DNA of 64,000 bases from a bacterium (GTDB lineage: Bacteria > Hinthialibacterota > Hinthialibacteria > Hinthialibacterales > Hinthialibacteraceae): contig CAXXMV010000008.1 in the NCBI GenBank assembly GCA_963662285.2, positions 384,001-448,000 of the forward strand, in the 5' to 3' direction. Below, piece after piece: positions 49,962 through 59,598 of the stretch. The position numbers and the translations under genes are program-made. Position 1 is the stretch's first letter. Each line of letters opens with the position of its first letter. The notes under the pieces are model-generated. The model was not told the DNA's origin. It saw nothing but the letters and a program-made list of their open reading frames with translations, and searched no databases.

Positions 49962-50285
49962 CTATCCTCCACAACTGCAACATTGACTGGCATTTGGGTT
50001 ATCAAAGGTAAAGCCGCCGCCATTGGGTCCATCACTATAACCAACCGTGGTTCCGTTTAGAAACAAGAAACTTTTGGTATCAATATAAACAGCCACATCA
50101 TTGCTAATATAAACACGGTCGTTTGCCCTCTTCTCCGTCTCAAAATTGAGAGTATACGATAGACCAGAGCATCCCCCTCCATTAACTCCTACTCGAAGGG
50201 AAGTACTTTCAGGTAAATTCTGCGCTTCGATCAATTTTTTAATCTCATTCGCTGCTTGTTCGGTAACATTAATCACGATAGTCAT
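49962..50285 (-). CDS. iscA: A-type Fe-S carrier (IscA/HesB/ErpA)
   Basis: LRVGVNGGGCSGLSY and F-NPNA..CSCG. Confidence 0.92.
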   Translation of the reverse strand: MTIVINVTEQAANEIKKLIEAQNLPESTSLRVGVNGGGCSGLSYTLNFETEKRANDRVYISNDVAVYIDTKSFLFLNGTTVGYSDGPNGGGFTFDNPNASQCCSCGG

Positions 50286-50644
50286 CTCCTATTTATATAT
50301 ATTGCGATTTAATAACAAAATACTTTACTGCTAGAGAGGTTCTCCAAAGAAATAATTATTTTTCTTAAAAAAGCCTTCTCAAATAATAATACCTTAACAC
50401 TTGACGCTGTCAAGTAAATAACACCTTACTGAATATTTTTTTCCCGCACCAACTTTTAACCATTTTATAACTAGAGCGATTATTGAAGTTATGATTCAAT
50501 AACCTATAAGACAATTACATCAACCAATAAACTAGAAGGGATTGAACCAGAATGGCCTGCTTCAAAATATCAACACTCATTTGATAACATAAATATGTAA
50601 TTTAAGGAATACGTGCAAATCTACAGAATTTCATAATAAATATC

Positions 50645-51832
50645 ATGGTAAAAAAAACAGTCTGGAAATCATTCATCAAAAAAAGGTTAGGCATTGCGCA
50701 AGAAGAAGACGCCTACCGCAGCCTTAGAGTCTTCGACTCGTTCCAGCCGGGATATCTTATTCGAGGGGAAAAGAAATTCCTCAACCTATGCTCTAACGAT
50801 TACTTAGGATTATCAGCTAATCAAGAGAGTATGGATGAAGGAAAAGTACTGGCCGATATCTTGCCCATCGGTTCGGGCGCATCCCGCTTGGTTACCGGTA
50901 ACCTGGCCATTCATAAAGAGTTGGAACGAATACTGGCGGAGTGGAAAGGCGCCGAAGCGGCGCTGGTATTTGCGTCAGGCTACCAAACCAATACGGGAGT
51001 CATAACCGCTCTGGCAGGCAAAGGCGACGTAATATTCGCCGATAAACTAAACCATGCATCGCTGATCGACGGATGCCTTTTATCCGGCGCTGTTTTCCAT
51101 CGGTACCAGCATAATGACATGGATGATTTGCGTTCTCTGTTGCAGAGCAAGCGCGGCAAGAAAAAGATTATCATCACCGACGGCGTCTTCTCTATGGATG
51201 GCGATATCGCTCCATTAAACGAATTAGTTGAATTAGCGAAACAATTTGGCGCATTATTATTAATCGATGACGCACACGGAACCGGAGTACTTGGCCCCGA
51301 CGGCGCCGGAAGCCTATCCCATTACGGCATCCCCTGGGATGAGAACATAATCCTGATGGGAACGCTGAGCAAAGCAATCGGATGCCAGGGCGGCTTCATC
51401 TGCGCCACGCAGGATATTATTGATTATCTCGTCAACTTTTGCCGCTCATTCATCTACTCCACCGGACTCTCGCCCTGGATCGCGGCCATGGCTCATTTCA
51501 ATATCTGCCGCATCCGCACCGAAAAAGATATTTTGAAACAATCACGCCAATCAATTTCTATAATGCAACGGTCATTACGCAAGATGGGTATAGAAGTTAA
51601 TGATTATCCAACCCCCATCATTCCCATAATGCTGGGCGAAAGTAAACGCGCTTTGAGATGCGCCGACGCCCTGCTTCAAAATGACATTGTCGCCGCCGCC
51701 ATTCGACCCAAGACAGTACCAGAAGGAACTGCGCGTATCAGGCTCTCGGTTTGCGCCGCGCACCGGGACAGTGATTTAAAGAAAGCCGCCCGGATTCTGG
51801 CTGATATTCTGGGCAGCGAAGAAATGGCGTAA
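50645..51832 (+). CDS. bioF: 8-amino-7-oxononanoate synthase
   Basis: SNDYLGL, GSGASRLVTG, NHASLIDG, DGVFSMDGD, DDAHG, GTLSKA. Confidence 0.92.
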   Translation: MVKKTVWKSFIKKRLGIAQEEDAYRSLRVFDSFQPGYLIRGEKKFLNLCSNDYLGLSANQESMDEGKVLADILPIGSGASRLVTGNLAIHKELERILAEWKGAEAALVFASGYQTNTGVITALAGKGDVIFADKLNHASLIDGCLLSGAVFHRYQHNDMDDLRSLLQSKRGKKKIIITDGVFSMDGDIAPLNELVELAKQFGALLLIDDAHGTGVLGPDGAGSLSHYGIPWDENIILMGTLSKAIGCQGGFICATQDIIDYLVNFCRSFIYSTGLSPWIAAMAHFNICRIRTEKDILKQSRQSISIMQRSLRKMGIEVNDYPTPIIPIMLGESKRALRCADALLQNDIVAAAIRPKTVPEGTARIRLSVCAAHRDSDLKKAARILADILGSEEMA

Positions 51833-51869
51833 CAACACAATATATAACCAAGTCTCTAGGAGAAAATTA

Positions 51870-53243
51870 ATGATAAATAACACCTCAATTGAGCCATGCC
51901 TACTTCAGCCGAAACTTGAACAGCTCTTTGAGTTATCCGGAAAAAAAATCCTGCTAATAGAAAAAAACTGGGATCAAACCAAAGGCACGCCCGTCTTTAC
52001 GGATCATGGAACCTATACCACCCGTGGTTGGACCGAATGGACCCAGGGATTTCAATATGGCTCAGCCATCCTGCAATTCGACGTTACCGATGATGAGCAA
52101 TTCCTGGAGATCGGACGCCGCAACACTATCCAACGCATGGCGCCTCATGTATCGCATATCGGGGTGCATGATCATGGCTTTAATAATATTTCCACCTACG
52201 GCAATTTACGCCGCTTGATGAATCAAGGCCGCATCTCCGAAAATGAATGGGAACGTAATTTCTATGACTTGGCCTTAAAAGTATCCGGCGCCGTGCAAGC
52301 CGCACGCTGGTCTGACACAGCCTATGAATCAGGCTATATATACTCATTCAACGGGCCGCACTCGCTCTTTGTCGACACCATACGATCAGTCAGAATCCTC
52401 AGTTTAGCTCACCAACTCGGTCATGTACTGATGGGCGAAGGCGACAAACCTATCTCATTGCTCGACCGGGGCATCCAACATGCGCGCAGCACCGCAAGGT
52501 TCAGCATCTATTATGGTAAAGGGCGCGACTCCTACGACGTTCGCGGACGCGCAGTTCATGAATGCATCTTCAACTGCAATGATGGACAGTTCCGCTGCCC
52601 CAGCACCCAGCAGGGCTACGCCCCCTTCTCTACCTGGACGCGCGGCCTGGCCTGGGCTATTACCGGATTCGCCGAAGAGATTGAGTTTATTGCATCACTG
52701 CCTGATGCTGAGTTGGAACCATTGGGCGGCAAATCAGCCATACTCGAAGTTTATCTCGAAGCAGCCCGCGCCACATCCGACTTTTATATCGAGAACACTC
52801 CTACCGACGGCATACCCTATTGGGACGCAGGAGCGCCGGGACTTGTTCACCTGGGCGATTACCTAAACCGTAAGTCTGATCCCTATAATGATAATGAACC
52901 CATTGACAGCTCCGCCGCCGCCATCGCCGCGCAGGGAATGATCCGCCTGGGCAAATATCTCAAATCACAGGGATTGAATGATGAAGGCGAAAAATATTAC
53001 CAAGCCGGTTTGACCGTGGCCGACGCTCTGTTTGACCAACCATATCTGTCAACCGACGATAACCATCAGGGTTTGATACTTCATTCGATCTACCATAAAC
53101 CCAATGGATGGGATACTATCCCCCAAGGAAGTAAGATACCCAATGGAGAATCATCCATGTGGGGCGACTATCATGCGCTGGAACTGGCGGTTCTAATCTC
53201 GCGCATGGCGCAGGGAAAACCTTATTTGACATTTTTCTCTTAA
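51870..53243 (+). CDS. GH88-like unsaturated glucuronyl hydrolase
   Basis: WTQGF, HDHGF, STWTRGLAW, PYWD, DSSAAAI, WGDY motifs. Confidence 0.8.
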   Translation: MINNTSIEPCLLQPKLEQLFELSGKKILLIEKNWDQTKGTPVFTDHGTYTTRGWTEWTQGFQYGSAILQFDVTDDEQFLEIGRRNTIQRMAPHVSHIGVHDHGFNNISTYGNLRRLMNQGRISENEWERNFYDLALKVSGAVQAARWSDTAYESGYIYSFNGPHSLFVDTIRSVRILSLAHQLGHVLMGEGDKPISLLDRGIQHARSTARFSIYYGKGRDSYDVRGRAVHECIFNCNDGQFRCPSTQQGYAPFSTWTRGLAWAITGFAEEIEFIASLPDAELEPLGGKSAILEVYLEAARATSDFYIENTPTDGIPYWDAGAPGLVHLGDYLNRKSDPYNDNEPIDSSAAAIAAQGMIRLGKYLKSQGLNDEGEKYYQAGLTVADALFDQPYLSTDDNHQGLILHSIYHKPNGWDTIPQGSKIPNGESSMWGDYHALELAVLISRMAQGKPYLTFFS

Positions 53244-53349
53244 AAATAAGGTTGGGGATATCAACCCCCTCTTGAATTCTCCCCCAACTTGGGGGCTGAT
53301 CTTCACCCTTAAGTTTTGTTTTTATTAATGGCTATGAAGACAGCAATAC

Positions 53350-53577
53350 GGGCGCCAAGGGCAGCGTTCTTTCTGCCCTTGATCGAAAACTATTGATAAA
53401 CGGACGAATTCTAATGATAATCACGTTTTTATAATGAATTATTAACACATTAATACATTTATTGAAAAATTTGTAGTTAATCATGATTATATCTTTTGAG
53501 TGGAACATAGATAAAGATTATTGAAATTACATAGGTAAACTGGATCAAGGGCAGAAAATACACTGCCCTTGGCACCC
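53350..53577. mobile_element. REPIN/MITE-like doublet of inverted family B hairpins
   Basis: GGGCGCCAAGGGCAG-CGTTCTTT-CTGCCCTTGATC ... GATCAAGGGCAG-AAAATACA-CTGCCCTTGGCACCC. Confidence 0.75.
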
Positions 53578-53628
53578 AATATTATCCTATATTCGGTCAA
53601 TCCGAAACTCCATGCAGGAGGCTCGATA

Positions 53629-54390
53629 ATGAAACGTTTTATCCTGAGCATTCTTATTGCAATTACCGTAATTCCAGTCGTTAACAGCGCATCGAATGTC
53701 CGTAATGCAGACGTTCCGGTTATCTCGACGATGTTGGAGCAGCGTGATGGAACGCGCATAAAACTATCATTCCTCGCATTGCACTGGGATGCGGAAATGA
53801 TCAATAACATGAAAGCATCTAAAGAGATGCGCGACTACTATAACGCCAATATCATGCCCAAGATGGGTATTCTTGAAACTAATATCAGGATAAAATTCGG
53901 TCCTCGTTATCAAATCGAACCGGGGCAATATTTCCTTGGTTTGAGGATGAGCGAACCAATTGAGGCCAATAAAGAACCAGCATGGTGGCTGCTGATATCC
54001 AATGAACAGATGACTCTCATTGATATTCCACTTAATATAATTATTGCTGAACATGACACGCCGCACCTATGCTTTATGTTTTCTCCCGGCATTACTGACC
54101 GTGATTTCATGTTCAACATGATGTATGGCAACCTCATGGCCTCAGTCCGGTGGACTATATCTGGAATACCATCAATGACCATGCCATCAGAATCAAAAGA
54201 GAACGCCGCCTGGAAACTACCAAAACCCGGTCAGGAAAGCATTCAAACGTCGGATGTTCTGAATGATAATGCTCAATTAACGCCTCAAGCCATTCGTCCA
54301 ACGCCAACTCCAGCCAAAACCAAAGCAAAAGCGGGCAGTGGATCATTACGATACTTGAAAGATCAAAAAGATAAAGAAAACCAAAATTAA
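53629..54390 (+). CDS. Exported hypothetical protein (weakly DUF2911-like)
   Basis: GGAGG RBS, signal peptide, LETN..IKFG..IEPGQYFL..WWLLIS pattern, PTPTP tail. Confidence 0.6.
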   Translation: MKRFILSILIAITVIPVVNSASNVRNADVPVISTMLEQRDGTRIKLSFLALHWDAEMINNMKASKEMRDYYNANIMPKMGILETNIRIKFGPRYQIEPGQYFLGLRMSEPIEANKEPAWWLLISNEQMTLIDIPLNIIIAEHDTPHLCFMFSPGITDRDFMFNMMYGNLMASVRWTISGIPSMTMPSESKENAAWKLPKPGQESIQTSDVLNDNAQLTPQAIRPTPTPAKTKAKAGSGSLRYLKDQKDKENQN

Positions 54391-54425
54391 GAAAACCAAG
54401 AGAAAGAGGATAACTAAGTTATTAC

Positions 54426-55742
54426 ATGAGCAAAAAAAATAAGAAACTAAATCAAACTGGAAGCAAATCACTCTTCAGCGAAAAAGAGAATGCTATAATT
54501 CTTGAGGAACTAAAAGATAAGGACGCCTATCAACGCAATCTTCCCCTTCTTCTTACTCTTCTGAAAGACAGTCCTAACCTGCGCTCCATCAGGATCAATC
54601 CTTTCCAGGTTATGATGGTGATGGAAAGCCGGCACCGCACCGTGATGGCCAATGCATCATTAGGCGGACAGCCTGTCCCGGACGAGCAATTTATTGATAT
54701 GGTTGTGCAGGATTTCGCTGATCAACTCAATCCCGAAGCTCTGCTGGATAGTCTGATGCCTATCGCCAAGCAAACCAAGATCAAACGTGAAAAACGCGTA
54801 TTGCTCTGGGCGACTGGTGAAATCATCGCCACTATTGCGGAAAACAAGTCATGCCGCGAATCCGCCGCTATCCGTACCATCGTGCTTTCTTCCGTGCAAC
54901 ATTCCATGGGGCTTTCTCATCATGCCTCCAATTTCATTCATGAGAAAGAGCCATTTAAATTCAATTACAAACAGGTTCTGGATGACTCTTTGACCGATGA
55001 AAATTGGGAGGAACTACTTAATTTATCCCAGGAATATGAGCCGGATTTCACCTTTTCCATGTCCCAACATGCCAATTCTCTCTTTCAGGGAATCAAAAAA
55101 CCATTCGGTCTACGCTTTCATCGAGTTATCAGATATGCTTCAGCAGCACAAGGCAAACAACGCAGCATTCTGTTACCCGGAGAAACCAGCATCCCTAAAA
55201 ATGATGAGAATGAAGAAGAAATACAACGCCGTATGGTTGGAGGTTTATTGGGAGATTTCTCTATTGCGCGACGTGTTGAATTCGCTAAAGAAGTTATCTC
55301 TTCAATTAAAACCGCTGCTTTTGGCGAATTAGAAGAGGATAAACTTTGTCCGTTTCTCAACGCCGTGGCTTATTGCTTCCTCTCACCGTTGCCCGCTAAT
55401 CCTTTCCTGATGCAGTTGTATCAAACCAGCGGCGAGAAGGCCGACCAGCTCAATCCTGATGATGAAAAAGAACTGATTATCGATATCAAAGGTTCTCCAA
55501 CTAACACCAAACTCTACCAGCGCTACGCCGAATTACTCGTCAACAAAGAAGAATACATGGGAGCGCTGCAAACCTATTTCTATCTTCAGGAATTGCTCGA
55601 AACGCCTGATCCCGCTTTCGATGAGATTATTGAAGACCTATTAGAGAAAGCAGGCAAAGCATTAGAGCAAGAGAAATCGAATACAGAGAAAACAGTACCA
55701 ACAGATGATGAAGCCGCGCCGAAATCCAGCATCATCATATAG
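54426..55742 (+). CDS. Hypothetical protein
   Basis: 438-aa ORF with GAGG RBS; helical; no recognised motif. Confidence 0.7.
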   Translation: MSKKNKKLNQTGSKSLFSEKENAIILEELKDKDAYQRNLPLLLTLLKDSPNLRSIRINPFQVMMVMESRHRTVMANASLGGQPVPDEQFIDMVVQDFADQLNPEALLDSLMPIAKQTKIKREKRVLLWATGEIIATIAENKSCRESAAIRTIVLSSVQHSMGLSHHASNFIHEKEPFKFNYKQVLDDSLTDENWEELLNLSQEYEPDFTFSMSQHANSLFQGIKKPFGLRFHRVIRYASAAQGKQRSILLPGETSIPKNDENEEEIQRRMVGGLLGDFSIARRVEFAKEVISSIKTAAFGELEEDKLCPFLNAVAYCFLSPLPANPFLMQLYQTSGEKADQLNPDDEKELIIDIKGSPTNTKLYQRYAELLVNKEEYMGALQTYFYLQELLETPDPAFDEIIEDLLEKAGKALEQEKSNTEKTVPTDDEAAPKSSIII

Positions 55743-55844
55743 CCCTGGGATATAGTATTCTCCCCCCAAGTTTGGGGGGAGTTAGAGGGGGGTTGCGTTT
55801 AGACCAATCACCCCACTCCCGTTAAGATCACGGAATAAAAAATC

Positions 55845-56933
55845 ATGAACATAACACAATCAAAACCTATCTATCCGTTTCTGATTTTTTTCTATGTTTG
55901 TTGCCTGACGATTTTATCCCTGGGAGCATGGTCAACCGAACTATATCTGAACCATCTGGTGATCAACACAGATGAAAAATTCTCTTTTTACGCCACCGTA
56001 AAGGATGCGGTTGATTTACAATCCTACCAGTTGCGGCTCCACCTTCCCATGGAGACTATCGCCAAACTGGAGTCGATCCAACAACAGAACAACGCTTCTG
56101 CGGTTTATGAGAGTTTTGAAATTGACAGTGAATATGATGAGGCGCTCAAATCTGTGGTTTGGATCGTTTCGGGGAAATTCCAACAACCCATTTCGGGAAC
56201 CACAATTCTCTTCAAAGCCAACGCGCAGGCTGCGGCCAAAGCTGGTTTCAGCGATATTGGAGTAGCCGTAGCCAGTGGAGAACTGCAAGACGCTTTCATA
56301 CACGGCGGATCGATTTATGTGTTGGATCAAAGCTGGCCCTGGTTCGATCTTCAGATCAACTACCGCAATGCGTTTCACCGGTTTGATTTCGATAACAGCG
56401 GCAAGGTTGATAAGAAAGATATCTTATTCTTCTCATCCTCTTGGCATCAACAGTTTAACTCCGGCCTTCCCCAGGCGCCTACGCCAACTCCCAAGCCATC
56501 AGGCGTCGAACCAACCCCGACGCCAGTACAGGATAAACCAACCATAGAAGAGTTCATCGGAACCTGGACCTTCGATTTCCTGCATAACACCCTGATAGGC
56601 GTGGATGCGCACATAGTCTTTGACGCCGAAGTCAACGAGGATGGAGTCATCATCATCCAAGACCGCTACGCCAACCAGTATCTCGGTACGTATACCTATG
56701 CCGAAAGCGATGGAAAAATCAGCGGAGTGTTTATGATCGCCAATACCAATCCCCTGAATCCTGCGGAAAAAACCGACTATTTCGTAAACTTCGAAGGAGA
56801 AGCAGGCATCGGTAATTCCATCACCGGAACAGCCAAATTCTCCTACAACACCACCGACATCAAAGTAACCGGCTACGAATCATACGGTTTAACTCTAACC
56901 GACTCAGGCCGGTTTACTGCGATTAAGAAATAA
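55845..56933 (+). CDS. Secreted protein: cohesin-like domain + dockerin/EF-hand-like motif + PT linker + beta domain
   Basis: DLQSYQLRL..SGTTILF..GFSDI..GGSIYV cohesin-like pattern; DFDNSGKVDKKDILFFSSSW; PTPTP repeats. Confidence 0.65.
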   Translation: MNITQSKPIYPFLIFFYVCCLTILSLGAWSTELYLNHLVINTDEKFSFYATVKDAVDLQSYQLRLHLPMETIAKLESIQQQNNASAVYESFEIDSEYDEALKSVVWIVSGKFQQPISGTTILFKANAQAAAKAGFSDIGVAVASGELQDAFIHGGSIYVLDQSWPWFDLQINYRNAFHRFDFDNSGKVDKKDILFFSSSWHQQFNSGLPQAPTPTPKPSGVEPTPTPVQDKPTIEEFIGTWTFDFLHNTLIGVDAHIVFDAEVNEDGVIIIQDRYANQYLGTYTYAESDGKISGVFMIANTNPLNPAEKTDYFVNFEGEAGIGNSITGTAKFSYNTTDIKVTGYESYGLTLTDSGRFTAIKK

Positions 56934-57036
56934 AGTAGGTTGACAAAAAGTAGGATAAGACAAAGCGAAAGCGCCCCATCAAAACCACTTTGAGAATTAC
57001 TCAAAATCCTACGGGATTACTGTTTTCAGAATATGT

Positions 57037-57073
57037 AAAAACCGGGTGAAAGCGTTATGCTCTCACCCGGTTT
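57037..57073. terminator. Intrinsic terminator between convergent genes
   Basis: AAAAACCGGGTGA...TCACCCGGTTT. Confidence 0.75.
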
Positions 57074-57104
57074 ATTTTGATTACTTAATCAGAATGTCAG
57101 GCAA

Positions 57105-58202
57105 TTAAGGCTTCAAGTCTCCCGGTGAAATCTGAATAGCGCCGGCGTCTGGTGCGGCAGGAGCAGGCTTAGCTGCATGACGCACGCCCCATGCATCTTT
57201 ATCGATCACTGTTTCGATCTTTGCGCCTTCACGCAGTTTGTTGAGATATGCTTTATTGGCTTCCTGCAGTTTGATGTTTTCCAAATGGCCTTTTATTTTA
57301 TCGGTCCACTCAGCATCAAGCGTTGCTTCTTTGGCTGCGATCTTATCGGTTACTTTAATGATATGATAACCAAACTGGGTTTCTACGATATCGGATAAGA
57401 CGCCCACTTCGGCTTCGAAAGCTACTTTTTCAAATGGCGCGGCCATATCTCCCTTGCTAAATGGTCCTAAATCTCCCCCGGCGGCTTTACCGCTGGGACA
57501 ATCGGAATGTTCTTTGGCTGCATCCTCGAAAGTGACTTTTTTATCAAGGATATCTTTGCGGATGGTTTGTAGCTTTTCCTTGGCTATGGTTTTGTCAGCT
57601 GCGCTATCAGTAGCTTCGGTTTTGATCAGGATATGAGAAGCTTGCACCTTTTCTGGTTGAGCCATGCGGCTTTTATTTTCTTCAAAGAATTTCTTGATAT
57701 CTTCGTCTGTCACTTCTGCCGGCTTGGCGACTTCACTATCCAAAACCTTGGTATAGATCATGTCTTCCTTCATGCGCTCTTTAAGGGAATCCAATGTCAT
57801 GCCCTGCATGGTCAGGATTTGATTGAGTTTATCAACCGAACCGAAGCGTTTGATGATGCTGGCAATCTGCTCATCAACATCCTTATCCTCGACGACTATT
57901 TTCTTTTGCTGGGCGATTTCAACCAATAATTGTTTTTCAATAAGTCCGTTTAAGGCTTGATCATAAAGATAAACTTTCATTTGCTCGGCCATCTCTGGTC
58001 TTACAGGACGTCCACTGCCTTTGATCATGTTGTCGATTTCACTCAACAACTGCTGTTCTTTAATCTCTTTGCCGTTGACCTTGCATACTACGGCATCTTG
58101 ATCTGCTTTGGCTTGATCCTGGGCGAATCCAACTCCACATAGGAATGCAAACATAATGGAGGCCATAATGCAGGCGCAACTAACTCGACGAATAATTGAC
58201 AT
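57105..58202 (-). CDS. SurA/PrsA-like parvulin peptidyl-prolyl isomerase
   Basis: Signal peptide, SurA N-domain, ASHILI, SDCPS..GGDLG, TQFGYHIIKV; AAGGAG before ATG 58202. Confidence 0.92.
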   Translation of the reverse strand: MSIIRRVSCACIMASIMFAFLCGVGFAQDQAKADQDAVVCKVNGKEIKEQQLLSEIDNMIKGSGRPVRPEMAEQMKVYLYDQALNGLIEKQLLVEIAQQKKIVVEDKDVDEQIASIIKRFGSVDKLNQILTMQGMTLDSLKERMKEDMIYTKVLDSEVAKPAEVTDEDIKKFFEENKSRMAQPEKVQASHILIKTEATDSAADKTIAKEKLQTIRKDILDKKVTFEDAAKEHSDCPSGKAAGGDLGPFSKGDMAAPFEKVAFEAEVGVLSDIVETQFGYHIIKVTDKIAAKEATLDAEWTDKIKGHLENIKLQEANKAYLNKLREGAKIETVIDKDAWGVRHAAKPAPAAPDAGAIQISPGDLKP

Positions 58203-58473
58203 CTTTTTCTCCTTATTAGATATTACGATATAGATTAAGCGTTGATCCACGCAACGCCTGCGAGAATCCGAAGGCGGGGGAGGACTTTTACTACGGATAA
58301 CTCCCAAGACTATCTTAATGGTTATGGAAGTCAAGTAGATGAATATACTACCCGGCTAGCAGCTCTAACAGGCTATGTTATACTGCATATTAAATTTTAT
58401 CCAGTAACATCAAAATACAATTAATCAGTTGTATCAATATGAACAAAAAAAACGTTTTTTGTTGGTGAATAAT

Positions 58474-59574
58474 ATGACAAATCAATCTTCTACAATTTCC
58501 GTTGGACTTGGTGAACGCAGTTACCAGATAACCGTTCAATCAGGACTGCTTGACAGTGTCGGCAAGCAGGCCAAATCGTTGGGATTGCAATCCCCGGTTC
58601 CCATTATTACCGATGATACGGTGGCTGGACTTTACGGCCAGCGGGTGAAAACATCGCTGGAGGAGGCGGGATATAAAAGCCGCATCATTTCTTTCCCGGC
58701 GGGCGAATCGTCCAAACACCTGCAATCCATCTCGCATATCTATGATGAGATGGTTGCACTAAAGCCAGAGCGTAAAAGCGGCGTCATCGCCCTGGGTGGA
58801 GGCGTTCCGGGAGACATGGCGGGATTCGTGGCTGCCACCTACCTGCGCGGCATCCGTTTCATCCAGGTTCCTACTACCCTGCTGGCCTTCGTCGATTCTA
58901 GCGTCGGTGGTAAAACCGGCATTGACCACCCCGGCGGCAAGAACCTGATCGGCGCTTTTCATCAACCCAGCGCCGTAATGATTGATCCCGAAACGCTTAA
59001 AACGCTTGATCCCCGTCAGGTGAAAGCGGGATTAGCCGAAATCATCAAGCATGGCGTTATCGCCGATGCGGAGTTATTCGACACCGTCAATAACTCATTG
59101 GATAAATTGAAAGCGATTGACCTAAACGAATATTGCAAGATCATCCCCTGGAATTGCCGTATCAAAGCGGATGTGGTGGAGCAGGATGAAAAAGAGAGCG
59201 GCATCCGCGCCATCTTGAATTTCGGGCACACCTTCGGACATGCAATAGAAATGCTGACTGGTTTTGAAACATACCTACATGGCGAAGCAGTGGCTATAGG
59301 TATGCTAATGGAAGCCCAACTGGGCGTTCGTCTGGGCATCACTCCAATAGAGACGGTAAACCAAATCCGTGACATACTCATCAAGACAGGATACTCCATC
59401 TCCAAACCGGATATATCCACCGACCAGATGATGGACAGCATGTTCCTCGATAAAAAGGTGGAGAAAGGCAAATTACGTTTTATCATCCCCACCACCATCG
59501 GGGATGTTGTGATACATGCCATAGAAGATATTGAAGCCGTACGTCAAACTTGGAATGAATATAACGAAGATTAA
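58474..59574 (+). CDS. aroB: 3-dehydroquinate synthase
   Basis: ALGGGVPGD, VPTTLLA-VDSSVGGKT, KNLIGAF, LNFGHTFGHA, HGEAVA. Confidence 0.96.
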   Translation: MTNQSSTISVGLGERSYQITVQSGLLDSVGKQAKSLGLQSPVPIITDDTVAGLYGQRVKTSLEEAGYKSRIISFPAGESSKHLQSISHIYDEMVALKPERKSGVIALGGGVPGDMAGFVAATYLRGIRFIQVPTTLLAFVDSSVGGKTGIDHPGGKNLIGAFHQPSAVMIDPETLKTLDPRQVKAGLAEIIKHGVIADAELFDTVNNSLDKLKAIDLNEYCKIIPWNCRIKADVVEQDEKESGIRAILNFGHTFGHAIEMLTGFETYLHGEAVAIGMLMEAQLGVRLGITPIETVNQIRDILIKTGYSISKPDISTDQMMDSMFLDKKVEKGKLRFIIPTTIGDVVIHAIEDIEAVRQTWNEYNED

Positions 59575-59598
59575 ATAAAACAATTGGAGAAAAATATT

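Noticed and set aside
58215-58310. GC-rich leader of the PPIase gene as a riboswitch or N-terminal extension
   Set aside because: No recognised riboswitch consensus; the RBS supports a start at 58202, so it is probably a plain 5' UTR.
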